A stretch of 64,000 bases of DNA from Pseudomonadota bacterium (GTDB taxonomy: Bacteria; Pseudomonadota; Alphaproteobacteria; Paracaedibacterales; CAITNM01). Made by a program: the position numbers and the translations under genes. Position 1 is the stretch's first letter. Each line of letters opens with the position of its first letter. Below, piece after piece: positions 29,085 through 40,148 of this stretch. The DNA lies in NCBI GenBank assembly GCA_046309815.1, contig JBKCOJ010000015.1, positions 43 through 64,042 on the forward strand, written 5' to 3'. Below the pieces are notes generated by a model. It was not told the DNA's origin. It saw only the letters and a program-made list of their open reading frames with translations, and made no database searches.

Positions 29085-30370
29085 AATATATTAAATGGTG
29101 TTTAATTGGGCTGTTGGCTTTAATTGGTTGCAGCGAAACAAAAGAGAAATTAAAAGGAACTCGTGAGCCTTTCATCATTGCAGGAAATGCCTTAAAACCA
29201 GATCCCTCGTTGAAAAACATCCATGTTCAGCTGCCTGCAGCGCAACATGTAAAAGATTGGAATCATGTTGGTGGAAATCCTAGCCATCTCGTACCACCAG
29301 TGCTTGTAAATAAAGATGTAAAAACCGTTTGGGAACATAATATTGGCGAAGGATCTGATACGCATCACCGGCTTATCACGCACCCCATTGTTCATAAAGA
29401 ACTTGTCTATTCAATGGATATTCAAGGACATGTGGAAGCGAGAAAAGTTAGCGATGGAACTCTTGTTTGGGAGATAGAGACCTCACCAGAAGAAGGTCAC
29501 AGTAACACCATGGGTGGGGGATTTGCAGCTGAAGATGATGTTTTATATATAACAACTTCATTCGGGGAAGTATGGTGTGTTGAAGCACATTCAGGAAAAC
29601 GTGTTTGGATCAAGAACTTAGAAACACCAATACGTGCTGCACCAACAGTTTTTGGCGGGCGCATTTATATTGTAACTGTAAACAATGAGATTTATGCTTT
29701 AGAAGCTAAGACTGGTGACGAATTATGGGATTATGCCGGCATTGTCGAGCCAAATTCGCTTCTTGGGGGTAGCGCGCCCGCTGCTTGTACACAAGCCGTG
29801 GTTGTTGCCTTAACTTCTGGAGAAATTTATTGCTTAAGCCCTGAAAGTGGTCATTTGCTATGGTCTGATACAATGACTCCGTCCTTAAGAATTGATACCG
29901 TTTCAAGCATTGCGCATATTAGAGCTAGACCAATTATTGAAAATAATGTTGTTTATATTGCAAGCCATGGTGGCCGTATCGCTGCCTATGAGCTGACAAC
30001 AGGCAAGAAAATATGGGCAAAAGAAATTGGTACATTACGCACACCAGCATTATGCGGAGATTTCCTTTTTGTCATTACGACCAACGATGATTTAGTTTGC
30101 ATCCTAAAATCCACAGGACAAGTTCGATGGGCTACATTATTACCAAGAAAGCGTGAAAGTGATGAAGTTATCACATGGGCTGGTCCTATTGTTGTAAATG
30201 ATCAACTGGTGATTGTTAGCACTAATGAACAAATGGCCTTTCTGAGCGTGCAAGATGGCAGCATTGATACAACCGTTAAATTAGAGGCGGGCTGTCAATT
30301 GTCTCCAATCGCAGCAGATAAAACCATTTTCACTTTAACCGACTCAGGCGTATTGCAAGCTTGGCGCTAG
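29081..30370 (+). CDS. bamB: PQQ-like beta-propeller lipoprotein (BamB-like)
   Basis: lipobox LIGC; repeated xxxGxxxW blades; yfgM-bamB-der order. Confidence 0.8.
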   Translation: MKYIKWCLIGLLALIGCSETKEKLKGTREPFIIAGNALKPDPSLKNIHVQLPAAQHVKDWNHVGGNPSHLVPPVLVNKDVKTVWEHNIGEGSDTHHRLITHPIVHKELVYSMDIQGHVEARKVSDGTLVWEIETSPEEGHSNTMGGGFAAEDDVLYITTSFGEVWCVEAHSGKRVWIKNLETPIRAAPTVFGGRIYIVTVNNEIYALEAKTGDELWDYAGIVEPNSLLGGSAPAACTQAVVVALTSGEIYCLSPESGHLLWSDTMTPSLRIDTVSSIAHIRARPIIENNVVYIASHGGRIAAYELTTGKKIWAKEIGTLRTPALCGDFLFVITTNDDLVCILKSTGQVRWATLLPRKRESDEVITWAGPIVVNDQLVIVSTNEQMAFLSVQDGSIDTTVKLEAGCQLSPIAADKTIFTLTDSGVLQAWR

Positions 30371-30371
30371 G

Positions 30372-31718
30372 ATGTTCACACTTGCATTAATTGGTAGGCC
30401 TAACGTCGGAAAATCGAGTATTTTCAACCGTTTAATCGGTAAAAAGCTTGCTATTGTTCATGAGCGACCTGGCGTCACAAGAGACTTTCAAGAAGCAAAA
30501 GCTTACTATGGCGATATGCCTTTTAGCTTATTGGATACACCTGGCTTAGCTGATCCAGAGACTTCTGTAATGTATCCCGAGCTTGCTAAGCAAATGCAGC
30601 AACAAAGCGAAGCCGCCATAGAAGAAGCTCAAATGGTTGCCTTTGTTATTGATGGAATTGCTGGCATTACTGCATTTGATGAGCAAATTGCAAAACTTTT
30701 GCACAAGCAAAATAAACCAGTGATTGTCCTCATCAACAAATGCGATAGCAAAAAAGCTTCACAGACAACGGAATATGATGTTTTCTCGTTAGGCTTTCAA
30801 ACAGTTATTAATATTTCTGCTGAGCATAATATTGGATTTGACGCGTTATATGAAGCTATTTTCCCTCATTTAAGTGAAGAAGAAAATTCTGCAACGGGTA
30901 AAGCTCTAAAATTAGCTATTATGGGGCGACCTAATGTTGGTAAATCTACTTTGGTAAATGCATTGTTTGGAGAGGAGCGTTTATTAACAGCTGATATGCC
31001 TGGCGTTACGCGTGATTCAGTAAGCCTTGCTTGGGAATATAATGGTCAAAAGTTTGAATTAATTGATACCGCCGGTATTAGACGAAAAGCAAAAGTTCAA
31101 GATACTGTTGAACAATTAGCAGTGCAAAGCGCGAATAGAACATTACAGTTTGCAGAAATTGTTGTTTTAGTAATTGATGCAACCATTCCTCTGGACGAAC
31201 AGCTAGAAAAACAAGATTTAGCGATTGCTCAACAAATTGTAGAAGAAGGAAGAGGATTAGTCCTAGCACTTAACAAAGTTGATAAAATCAGCCATTTACC
31301 ACAGCTGATGGAACACATCCGCAATCAATTAAACTACCAACTTGCACAGGTACGCGATGTACCAATGGTAGCAATTTCTGCCTTAAATAATACGAATCTT
31401 AATCGATTACTTGATGAAGTTTTAGCTCTTAATGCTTTATGGAATCTGCGTATTCCAACCGCCAAACTTAATGATTGGCTTCCATTTATGTTGGATAAAC
31501 ATCCAACACCAGCTGTTTCAGGCAGACGCATCCGTATTAAATACATGACGCAAATCAAATCCCGCCCTCCAACTTTTGCCTTATTTTGCACAAAAGCTGA
31601 TGAGCTGCCTGCCTCTTATATAAGATACTTAAGTAATGGGCTGAGAGACGATTTTAACTTACCTGGCGTACCTATAAGATTTATTATTAAAGGTATAAAG
31701 AATCCCTATACTCAGTGA
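30372..31718 (+). CDS. der: ribosome biogenesis GTPase Der
   Basis: two GRPNVGKS G-domains, PGVTRD, RPPTF. Confidence 0.98.
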   Translation: MFTLALIGRPNVGKSSIFNRLIGKKLAIVHERPGVTRDFQEAKAYYGDMPFSLLDTPGLADPETSVMYPELAKQMQQQSEAAIEEAQMVAFVIDGIAGITAFDEQIAKLLHKQNKPVIVLINKCDSKKASQTTEYDVFSLGFQTVINISAEHNIGFDALYEAIFPHLSEEENSATGKALKLAIMGRPNVGKSTLVNALFGEERLLTADMPGVTRDSVSLAWEYNGQKFELIDTAGIRRKAKVQDTVEQLAVQSANRTLQFAEIVVLVIDATIPLDEQLEKQDLAIAQQIVEEGRGLVLALNKVDKISHLPQLMEHIRNQLNYQLAQVRDVPMVAISALNNTNLNRLLDEVLALNALWNLRIPTAKLNDWLPFMLDKHPTPAVSGRRIRIKYMTQIKSRPPTFALFCTKADELPASYIRYLSNGLRDDFNLPGVPIRFIIKGIKNPYTQ

Positions 31719-31724
31719 AGCACT

Positions 31725-32300
31725 ATGCACCATATTTCAGAGCAAGATTTTGCTAAATTTCCAATTTGTGTTGATCTTGATGGCACCTTATGGGATGGAG
31801 ATTGTTTATGGATGTGTATGAGTGATTTTTTGAAGCGCTATCCTTATCGTATTTTCCAGATGCTTTTTTGGTGGTACCAAGATAGAACCTATTTAAAACA
31901 TAATCTTTTAAAATTCATTTCCTTTAGTCCTGAAAAAATATCGTTTTTTCCAGAAATATTAGCGTATCTACATGATCTAAAAAAACAAGGCGCAACGATT
32001 TATCTTATTACGGGATCAGATCAAAAAATTGCAGATATGGTTTCTGCGCACCTAAATATTTTTGAAAAAGCTTTTGGAAGCACAATCGGCTGCAATTTAG
32101 TTGGTCAGAATAAAGCAAATCTACTAAACAAAATTTTCGGGAAGAAAAATTACGTGTATTTTGGTAATGAATGGAAGGATCGTTTTATTTGGGAGAATTC
32201 TATAGCGGCAGTCGCGGTAGATATTGATCAAAAAACTTTTAATTGGCTAAAATCTCAACCTATATATACCCGTAGGTTTATTTGTAAATCATCTATATAA
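31725..32300 (+). CDS. HAD-like hydrolase
   Basis: PICVDLDGTL motif I; NLVGQNK; YFGNEWKD. Confidence 0.75.
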   Translation: MHHISEQDFAKFPICVDLDGTLWDGDCLWMCMSDFLKRYPYRIFQMLFWWYQDRTYLKHNLLKFISFSPEKISFFPEILAYLHDLKKQGATIYLITGSDQKIADMVSAHLNIFEKAFGSTIGCNLVGQNKANLLNKIFGKKNYVYFGNEWKDRFIWENSIAAVAVDIDQKTFNWLKSQPIYTRRFICKSSI

Positions 32301-32324
32301 TTTAGAAAAAGCGCTAGATATCTT

Positions 32325-35300
32325 ATGTCCTCCAAAGAAATTCAAAAATCAGATTTTATACGTCAAATTCACTCAAAGAGCGATAAGAAAAATCCCATTC
32401 TAAAAGAATTTATTGAGAATTTCTACAAACATGTAAGCTTAGGATATCTAAAAAATTTAGCTGAGAATATCTCCCACGATATACTCACTGAAATTGCAAC
32501 TCTTGCTTTTGAAGTTTTTAATACTTCCCCCACCCCTGGAGTCTTTCATTTAAAACATCATGTTTTAGAAAAAGAAAAACTGCAATTATTAATTTTTCAT
32601 AGCATTCATCAGCGATTTATTATGCGCAGCTTGAAGGTATGGCTGACAGCACAACGACTACCTATCGATGAACTTATTCACCCTATATTTTCTCCACAAC
32701 GCTCAAACGCTGGCATATTCAGCTGTGTTGGGGGAACAAATCCAGAATCACTTATCGTTGCCGTGTTGCCAAGCTCATTAGAGATTCCAAAGAATTACGA
32801 AAAATCTTTGCAGGATCTTTATAAAAAATTAACACACGTGGTCAATGATTTTTCCCCCATGCAAAAATGGGTAGACGATATATCCAACAGCTTTTTGGAA
32901 CAAGATAAAAAGGATATAAAGCAGGCCGGCGCATTCCTGCAGTGGTTAAAAAAGGAGCATTTCGTCTTTTTAGGATTGCGCCGTTATCAAGCTAATGATT
33001 CTTCTAATAAAAATATTAATTTTGATAATCAAGTAACCCACGGATATGGGTTATTTAAGATGGAAGATATTCTAGAATCAAAAGATTTTTCTTTAGAATT
33101 AGGCAAGCCTTTTGAGCAACTCTTTCAGCAACATTTAATGCACATAAAAAAAGAGCAACCACGGTCTGAAATTTATCGAAACTCTCGTATCGATTCTATC
33201 ATTGCTTTGGATATTGATAAAAATGGAAAAATTAAAGGAATTGTTCAAATTATTGGTTTATTTACCTCTAATTTCTATAAGACATCCCCCCTAGATATCC
33301 CTTGGCTAAAAGATAAAGCCCTTAATGTATGTCGTACGTTTGGATTTGCTGCTACTTCTTACGATGAAAAAATGCTCAAAAATATTATTGATAGCATTCC
33401 CTTAGATGAATTTTACTATTTATCAGAAGAACAATTGTCAGAGCTTATTGAGCGTATTCTTAATATGTATGATCGCAATGCCATTTCTGTGCGCGTTGAT
33501 AATGTTAGTAATTCTTTATCTCTTCTCCTTTATATGCCTAAACATCGCTACAGCGAGAAATTACGCGCCGAACTTGGTAAATTTATTGCAAGAGAGATTG
33601 GAGTAACTCTTACATCAACGCATGGTCAAGTTGGGGAAACACCCTTTGCTCGTTTAATTTTTATGTTTAATTTTAGTCCCGAGACAAAAATAAAAATTGA
33701 TATCGAGGCATTAGAAGAAAAAATATGGATGGCTTCCCAGACATGGAGAGAAAAATACACATTATTTAGCAAGAAGAAATTGATTACATCTTCTGCTATA
33801 TTTTCTGACATATATCCAAAAGTTCACACACCTGAAATTGCCGCTGAAGATACATCAACTCTCCTTCAATGGCTACAAAAAGACGAATCTATTTATTTTG
33901 AAGCGATACAACGTAATGGGCGAGAAATAATCAGAGCATTTCAAAAAAATGAGCCCATTACTCTAGGGCAAATTATTCCGGTATTTACAAACTTTCAACT
34001 TAATATACAAGCAGAGCAGACTTTTTTTGCAGACATTAATGGGCAACGAGTATGGCTGCATTATTACGATATCTCGAATTTAAGTAATCTAAAATTATCT
34101 TCAGCTACTTTAGAAAAGTTAGTAGAAGGACTAAAAGCTGCTTGGGTTGGATTAATAGAAGTTGATCCATTCAATGGTTTAACAATAAATTGTGATCTCA
34201 ATTTTAAAGAAATTATTATCCTCAGAGCATATGGTCGCTTTTTAAAACAATTAGGATTTAATTATTCACAAAAATCTCTAGCGGATTGTTTGAGCACATA
34301 CCCTGCTATTACTCAGCTTTTGATAAAATATTTTGATTGTTTATTTGCATTAGATTCTTCAAAAGAAAAAGATTCGTTGACTAAAGCTAAAAATCTTAAC
34401 ACTGAAATCATTGAATCATTTTCTTCAATTAGTCGTCTCGATCATGATCGCATTATGCGAAGATTTCATAATGTTATCAGTGCAACTCTGCGAACCAATG
34501 CTTATCAGTCAGGAGATTTTAATCCCTATCCGTGTGTAAGCTTTAAGGTAAATTCTTCTCAAATCATAGATATTCCTAGCCCATCGCCACTCTTTGAAAT
34601 TTTTGTTTACTCGACAACTGTGGAAGGTTGCCACTTAAGAGGTGGAAAGATTGCTCGTGGTGGAATTCGTTGGTCAGATAGACCTGAAGACTTTAGGTCT
34701 GAAGTTTTAGGGCTTATGAAAGCCCAAATGGTAAAAAATTCAGTCATTGTTCCTCTTGGGTCAAAAGGTGGATTCGTTGTAAAAAATTATAATGCCCTCC
34801 AAGAATCGGGATACACATCTCAAGATCTAAAGTTAGCAGTTATTAATGCCTATAAATCATTTATAGAGCAACTCTTGACGCTTACTGATAATCTCGTGGA
34901 GAGTGAAATTAAACCCCCAAAAAATCTTGTGCGCTACGACAGTGACGACCAATATTTGGTTGTTGCGGCTGACAAGGGAACAGCAACTTTTTCGGATATT
35001 GCCAATGAAATTGCTGAAAAGAAAAATTTCTGGCTTGGAGATGCATTCGCATCTGGAGGATCAAAAGGCTACGATCACAAGAAATTAGGAATTACCGCAA
35101 GAGGTGCCTGGATAGCTGTACGCCGCCATTTCTGGGATATGGGAATAGATTGCCAAACAACTGCTATTACAACAGTTGGTGTTGGCGATATGGCGGGCGA
35201 TGTGTTTGGAAATGGCATGCTTCAATCAACAAAAATTTGTCTGATTGGGGCTTTTAACCATAAGCATATTTTTCTAGATCCACACCCGGATCCAGAATCA

Positions 35301-36866
35301 AGTTATCTAGAAAGAAAGCGTCTATTTAATGAATTAGGTGATTGGGGCTCTTATGATTTATCAAAAATATCAAAGGGCGGCGGAGTATACAACCGGTCAG
35401 AAAAATCTATTAAAATCACTTCGGAAGTCGCAAAGCTACTCGGAATAAAAGAGGCTGAACTTTCACCAGATGATTTAATTACCAAGCTATTACAAGCATC
35501 TGTCGATTTATTATTTTTTGGCGGCATTGGAACTTTTATTAAATCCCAAAATGAGGGACATATAGCAGTCTCTGACAAGGCCAATGATGCTATTCGTGTT
35601 GATGCACGCATGATTAACGCAAAAGTTATTGGGGAAGGCGCAAACCTTGGAGTTACTCAATTAGGGCGCATTGAATATGCTTTAAATGGTGGACGCATTA
35701 ATACGGATGCAATAGATAATTCTGCTGGAGTTGATTGTTCTGATCATGAAGTAAACTTAAAAATCATGTGTCAGATTTTATTACAAAATACCATTATCGA
35801 TACAAAAAAGCGCGATGAACTATTAGCGAGCTTAGCTGATGAAGTGAGTGAACTAGTGCTTAATGATAATTGGTCACAAACATTGGCTCTCACCAGAATG
35901 CAACAAGAGTCGAATACCGATGCAAATGCTTATATAAACTTGGTAAGAAATCTAGAAGATCATCATGATTTACCACTGAAAAGAAATGTAGAAAATATTC
36001 CTTCAGAAGAAGATCTCTTAAAACGAAAAAGCCAACAGCAAGGATTTACACGCCCAGAGCTTGCTGTTTTGCTTGCTTATTCTAAAATTCATCTTTATCA
36101 AGATATGCTGCATGCATTACAAAACACAGCCTGTTTTGGAGAAGTTTTTTATACAGAATATTTCCCAAAGCGCTTCCAAAAAGAATACAGTGATTATTTA
36201 AAATTGCATCCATTAAAAGTAGAAATTACCGCAACCGTTCTTGCAAATCTTATTATTAACACAATGGGCCCCTGCTTTGTTGGGCAAATGGCTGAAGCGT
36301 TCGATGTTAATTCATTGGATGTGGTAAGGGCATTTGTGGAAGTTTTAGAGCAAACAAATTTTTATGAACAACTCTTGAATTACAAAGCTCTTGAACATGA
36401 TCAGATAAAAACTTTACAAGCCTTGGAAAGTATCACGCAAAATATTGCTCAATGCGTAATGATTCGATTGTCTTCACCTCAACATATTTTTTCGGCACAG
36501 TTGAAAGATGTTCCTGAATCTCTAGTGCCATTTTCTATTTTATTTGCGTATCAAGTTGGACATCAAAAAAATATTGATATCCAACATGTAAATGCAATGT
36601 ATAAGAAATTAGACCTGGCTTATATTTGGGAATGGGCAACTACTATTTGCCCAAGCTCTTCGTGGCAAAATTCATCTTGGCTGTTATTGCAGCATGATCT
36701 CATTCAAGCAATCACAAAACTGTGCCTGAACAATTGGTCTAAGGAGAGCATCGATATGTATCATGTGCTTTATGATCAAATTAAAAAGAATGTCTCAGTT
36801 GCGGCTGACTCCAGCCAGCATTTGCTGCTTTTAGATTTCGTCATTAGGCAATTTCAGAGGTTATAA
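32325..36866 (+). CDS. large NAD-specific glutamate dehydrogenase
   Basis: HLRGGKIARGGIRWSDR, AADKGTA, GVGDMAGDVFGNG, GEGANLG. Confidence 0.95.
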   Translation: MSSKEIQKSDFIRQIHSKSDKKNPILKEFIENFYKHVSLGYLKNLAENISHDILTEIATLAFEVFNTSPTPGVFHLKHHVLEKEKLQLLIFHSIHQRFIMRSLKVWLTAQRLPIDELIHPIFSPQRSNAGIFSCVGGTNPESLIVAVLPSSLEIPKNYEKSLQDLYKKLTHVVNDFSPMQKWVDDISNSFLEQDKKDIKQAGAFLQWLKKEHFVFLGLRRYQANDSSNKNINFDNQVTHGYGLFKMEDILESKDFSLELGKPFEQLFQQHLMHIKKEQPRSEIYRNSRIDSIIALDIDKNGKIKGIVQIIGLFTSNFYKTSPLDIPWLKDKALNVCRTFGFAATSYDEKMLKNIIDSIPLDEFYYLSEEQLSELIERILNMYDRNAISVRVDNVSNSLSLLLYMPKHRYSEKLRAELGKFIAREIGVTLTSTHGQVGETPFARLIFMFNFSPETKIKIDIEALEEKIWMASQTWREKYTLFSKKKLITSSAIFSDIYPKVHTPEIAAEDTSTLLQWLQKDESIYFEAIQRNGREIIRAFQKNEPITLGQIIPVFTNFQLNIQAEQTFFADINGQRVWLHYYDISNLSNLKLSSATLEKLVEGLKAAWVGLIEVDPFNGLTINCDLNFKEIIILRAYGRFLKQLGFNYSQKSLADCLSTYPAITQLLIKYFDCLFALDSSKEKDSLTKAKNLNTEIIESFSSISRLDHDRIMRRFHNVISATLRTNAYQSGDFNPYPCVSFKVNSSQIIDIPSPSPLFEIFVYSTTVEGCHLRGGKIARGGIRWSDRPEDFRSEVLGLMKAQMVKNSVIVPLGSKGGFVVKNYNALQESGYTSQDLKLAVINAYKSFIEQLLTLTDNLVESEIKPPKNLVRYDSDDQYLVVAADKGTATFSDIANEIAEKKNFWLGDAFASGGSKGYDHKKLGITARGAWIAVRRHFWDMGIDCQTTAITTVGVGDMAGDVFGNGMLQSTKICLIGAFNHKHIFLDPHPDPESSYLERKRLFNELGDWGSYDLSKISKGGGVYNRSEKSIKITSEVAKLLGIKEAELSPDDLITKLLQASVDLLFFGGIGTFIKSQNEGHIAVSDKANDAIRVDARMINAKVIGEGANLGVTQLGRIEYALNGGRINTDAIDNSAGVDCSDHEVNLKIMCQILLQNTIIDTKKRDELLASLADEVSELVLNDNWSQTLALTRMQQESNTDANAYINLVRNLEDHHDLPLKRNVENIPSEEDLLKRKSQQQGFTRPELAVLLAYSKIHLYQDMLHALQNTACFGEVFYTEYFPKRFQKEYSDYLKLHPLKVEITATVLANLIINTMGPCFVGQMAEAFDVNSLDVVRAFVEVLEQTNFYEQLLNYKALEHDQIKTLQALESITQNIAQCVMIRLSSPQHIFSAQLKDVPESLVPFSILFAYQVGHQKNIDIQHVNAMYKKLDLAYIWEWATTICPSSSWQNSSWLLLQHDLIQAITKLCLNNWSKESIDMYHVLYDQIKKNVSVAADSSQHLLLLDFVIRQFQRL

Positions 36867-36924
36867 TTCTTAAATATCCTACTATTGATGTTTTAGGCAA
36901 AACGGACAATAATGTGCCATACAA

Positions 36925-38265
36925 TTGTTTAGGCTATTAAGTGTGAGTAAGCTTTCTAAAACTACAGAAAGTGTAGTTGTTTTTTTTATTTTTCTTTCTA
37001 TTTTAGTGCTTAGCTTTATTAAAGGTCCTAACTTCTTACCTGATAGCGAATCCTACGAAAGCAATTCCATTCTGCGAATTGGCATGTACCCGATGATGAT
37101 AGGGTTCTTTAAGTTTATTTTTAAAGAACAAGCTTTTAAATATCTTGCCCTTTTTCAAACACTATTTTCTTTAGGCTCAATCTATTATTTGTCAGCATTT
37201 TTGCGCACATATTTTAAATTATCCTTTTTTGTATTTATCATAATAATTTCCATTTTCATATTTCCAATGCTATCTCATTCAGCAGCTTGGAATATATTAA
37301 GTGAAAGCGTTGCCTACCCCTTATTTTTATTAACCACATGTTTCTTTTTTAAAGCATGCATTTATAAAAAAGGGAGTGACTTAACTATGTTCAGCGTGTC
37401 GCTTTTTATACTTTGTTTCACAAGACAACAGTTCGTATTTTTCTACGTCGTGTCTTTTATCTATGGATTTTATGTATTGATTTTTGAAAAAAATGCATAC
37501 TTTTCGATACACTGTTTACTAAAAACTCTTTTATCTTTGTGCATTTTTTTTATAGCAGAACGAGGATATCACCTCGCATATCATGGACATTTTGCAGGCA
37601 CACCTTTTGTTGGAACTCAATTCTTAATGCGCCCTTTGTTCGTTGCATCAAGTAGTGCTTTGAAAAGCATTGATGAGCCCTTGCAAAAAAAATTCATATC
37701 TGAAGTAACAGAAGAACTAAAAAGAAATGAAATAATTGATCCTGATCAGCCTGCAAAAGAACTTTATGCCTACGAATATTTATACAATACGATGTATCAT
37801 AAAATCTCTTCAAAAATTTGGAGCAAAGTCTGGGCCAAAGAGATTTTGGAAAAAACTCTTTCAAAGCAACTTAGCCCTTTTCAAGCGCAACAAATTATTG
37901 ATAAAAATGCTCTTGATATGGGTCTGCAATTAATTCAAAAAAACTTCATACCCACAGCGATTTATTATATTAAGGACACCATAAGAGGCGTGGGCGGATA
38001 TTCGTGTTTCTTTTTCATGTTTCTTTTGAGTCTTTCTTGTATCATTGCTGCGTTTAAAAGCAAAAAGTTAAATCCTCTTTATACGTGCACTTTAACCTCA
38101 ATCATTATGCATTTAGGAAACTCTTCTCTTGTTTGTTTATTTGAGCCTCCATTAACGCGCTATGTTTATACAACGAATGCTTTATTTTTTGGGATGCTTA
38201 TTATTTTCTTATCAAAATTATGGCCATATTTGCTAAAGCAAAATGAGAAATTATGTGCGCAATAG
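36925..38265 (+). CDS. polytopic membrane protein, putative GT-C glycosyltransferase or polymerase
   Basis: about 10-11 TMs; PDSxSY...RxxxYP and ILSES motifs; C-terminal RY; sits in a glycan cluster. Confidence 0.6.
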   Translation: MFRLLSVSKLSKTTESVVVFFIFLSILVLSFIKGPNFLPDSESYESNSILRIGMYPMMIGFFKFIFKEQAFKYLALFQTLFSLGSIYYLSAFLRTYFKLSFFVFIIIISIFIFPMLSHSAAWNILSESVAYPLFLLTTCFFFKACIYKKGSDLTMFSVSLFILCFTRQQFVFFYVVSFIYGFYVLIFEKNAYFSIHCLLKTLLSLCIFFIAERGYHLAYHGHFAGTPFVGTQFLMRPLFVASSSALKSIDEPLQKKFISEVTEELKRNEIIDPDQPAKELYAYEYLYNTMYHKISSKIWSKVWAKEILEKTLSKQLSPFQAQQIIDKNALDMGLQLIQKNFIPTAIYYIKDTIRGVGGYSCFFFMFLLSLSCIIAAFKSKKLNPLYTCTLTSIIMHLGNSSLVCLFEPPLTRYVYTTNALFFGMLIIFLSKLWPYLLKQNEKLCAQ

Positions 38266-40139
38266 CTGGTGTTCTGGCATGGAATAATGAAAATAGTGCG
38301 GGCCTTTTAAAAAAAATCACAAGCTCCATGAGCCATAGAGGTACGGATGCTTATGGCGAGTGGAATACTGACTTTATTTCTCTTGGCCATCAACGTTTAT
38401 CTATACAGGATACATCTTCCATAGCAAATCAACCGATGCATGATGCGTCAGGTAGATATGTTATTGTTTTTAATGGGGAAATATATAATTTTAAGAAGCT
38501 TCAACAACATCTTTCTCAACATGGATATCAATTCAAAACACATGGTGATACTGAGGTTATTTTAGCTGCATGGAATCATTGGGGTGTAGAAGCTTTATCG
38601 CATATCGAAGGAATGTTTGCGTTTGCTTTATGGGATAATGCTTTAAAGGAGCTGTACTTAGTAAGAGATCGTTTCGGTGAAAAGCCTTTATATTATTTTA
38701 ATTTGCCTAATGGAGGCGTTGTTTTTGCTTCTGAATTAAAAGCCTTACTACATCATCCGAAATGCCCAAAATCATTAAATCCTAAAGCCATCTCTCAATT
38801 TTTATCGCTTAATTATATTTTGACGGAGCAAAGCATTGTTGAAGGTATACATAAACTAGCTCCCGCACATTATATGGTTTTGAGGAATAATCAAGAACCA
38901 ATCACAAAAGCCTACTGGTCTTTGGCTGATTCCTTTTATGCCCCTAAATGGGAGATTTCTGAAAGCGATTTAATCGAGCAGTTTAATACGCTTTTCACAG
39001 ATACCGTTAAAGATTGTTCTCTTTCAGATGTACCGTTAGGAATTTTTTTAAGCGGAGGGATAGATTCATCTGCTATCGCGACGGCTGTAAAAAATGCATC
39101 CATTAATGAGTATTTGCAAGCTTTTACCATAGGATTTACTGAAGCATCTTATAACGAATTGGATAAAGCAAAATTCGTCGCAGAACATATGCAACTTAAG
39201 CATATATGGGAAGTTGTAGATCCAGAAAACATAACATGTGTAAAAAGAATTGCGGAAAATTTAGATGAACCTTTCGCAGACACCTCTATGATTCCTATGT
39301 ATACTCTTGCAAAACTTGCTAGAAAAAGCGCAACAGTTTGCCTATCAGGCGATGGAGGAGATGAACTCTTTGGTGGATATGAGACATATCGTGCTGATAT
39401 ATTGCATCAATTTTTTAAATACTTACCCTTTAAGAATATGCTATCAACAGCAGTTGATCATATCCCTGTAAATTATAATAAGGTCTCATTCGATTACAAA
39501 TTGAAACAATTTACCAAAGGACTTTGTCTATCACCACAACATGCGCATTACAGTTGGAGAACTATTTTTTCTGATTCCGAAAAACAATCTATTTTACACG
39601 ATCGTTATAAAGATAAAGTGTTGCATCATAATCCTTTCGAAACTTTCGATAGATTTTATCAAGATGTAAAAAACTGCGATATGTTAGAGCAACATTTTTA
39701 TGTTGATTTAAAAACGTGGATGGTTGATGACATCTTAGTAAAAGTTGACCGCGTTAGTATGATGCATTCTTTAGAAGTAAGAGCGCCATTTTTAAATCAC
39801 AAGCTAGCCGAATGGATTATCAGATTACCGACAAAATATAAAATACGCGCTATGCGTACAAAATACCTATTAAAGAAAAGCTTAGAGAAGGACCTCCCCC
39901 GCTCCATACTTTTTGGAAAAAAAGAAGGATTTAGCTCTCCTGTGTCTAAGTGGTTAACCAACGATGCTATAGAAGAAGTATTAGAAAATCCTCACATGAA
40001 TGAGTGGTTTGATAAAAGGGCATTGGAAAAATTGTGGAAAAACCATCGTGACAAAAGAACTGATTGCAGCTATAAGCTCTTTGGTTTATTCTGCCTAAGT
40101 TCATGGATGAATACGTTTTTTGAAAAGCAGACGCTCTAA
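38253..40139 (+). CDS. asnB: asparagine synthase (glutamine-hydrolysing) family amidotransferase
   Basis: N-terminal Cys (MCAIAG), FNGEIYN, LSGGIDSS, SGDGGDELFGGY. Confidence 0.93.
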   Translation: MCAIAGVLAWNNENSAGLLKKITSSMSHRGTDAYGEWNTDFISLGHQRLSIQDTSSIANQPMHDASGRYVIVFNGEIYNFKKLQQHLSQHGYQFKTHGDTEVILAAWNHWGVEALSHIEGMFAFALWDNALKELYLVRDRFGEKPLYYFNLPNGGVVFASELKALLHHPKCPKSLNPKAISQFLSLNYILTEQSIVEGIHKLAPAHYMVLRNNQEPITKAYWSLADSFYAPKWEISESDLIEQFNTLFTDTVKDCSLSDVPLGIFLSGGIDSSAIATAVKNASINEYLQAFTIGFTEASYNELDKAKFVAEHMQLKHIWEVVDPENITCVKRIAENLDEPFADTSMIPMYTLAKLARKSATVCLSGDGGDELFGGYETYRADILHQFFKYLPFKNMLSTAVDHIPVNYNKVSFDYKLKQFTKGLCLSPQHAHYSWRTIFSDSEKQSILHDRYKDKVLHHNPFETFDRFYQDVKNCDMLEQHFYVDLKTWMVDDILVKVDRVSMMHSLEVRAPFLNHKLAEWIIRLPTKYKIRAMRTKYLLKKSLEKDLPRSILFGKKEGFSSPVSKWLTNDAIEEVLENPHMNEWFDKRALEKLWKNHRDKRTDCSYKLFGLFCLSSWMNTFFEKQTL

Positions 40140-40148
40140 GGGAAAATT

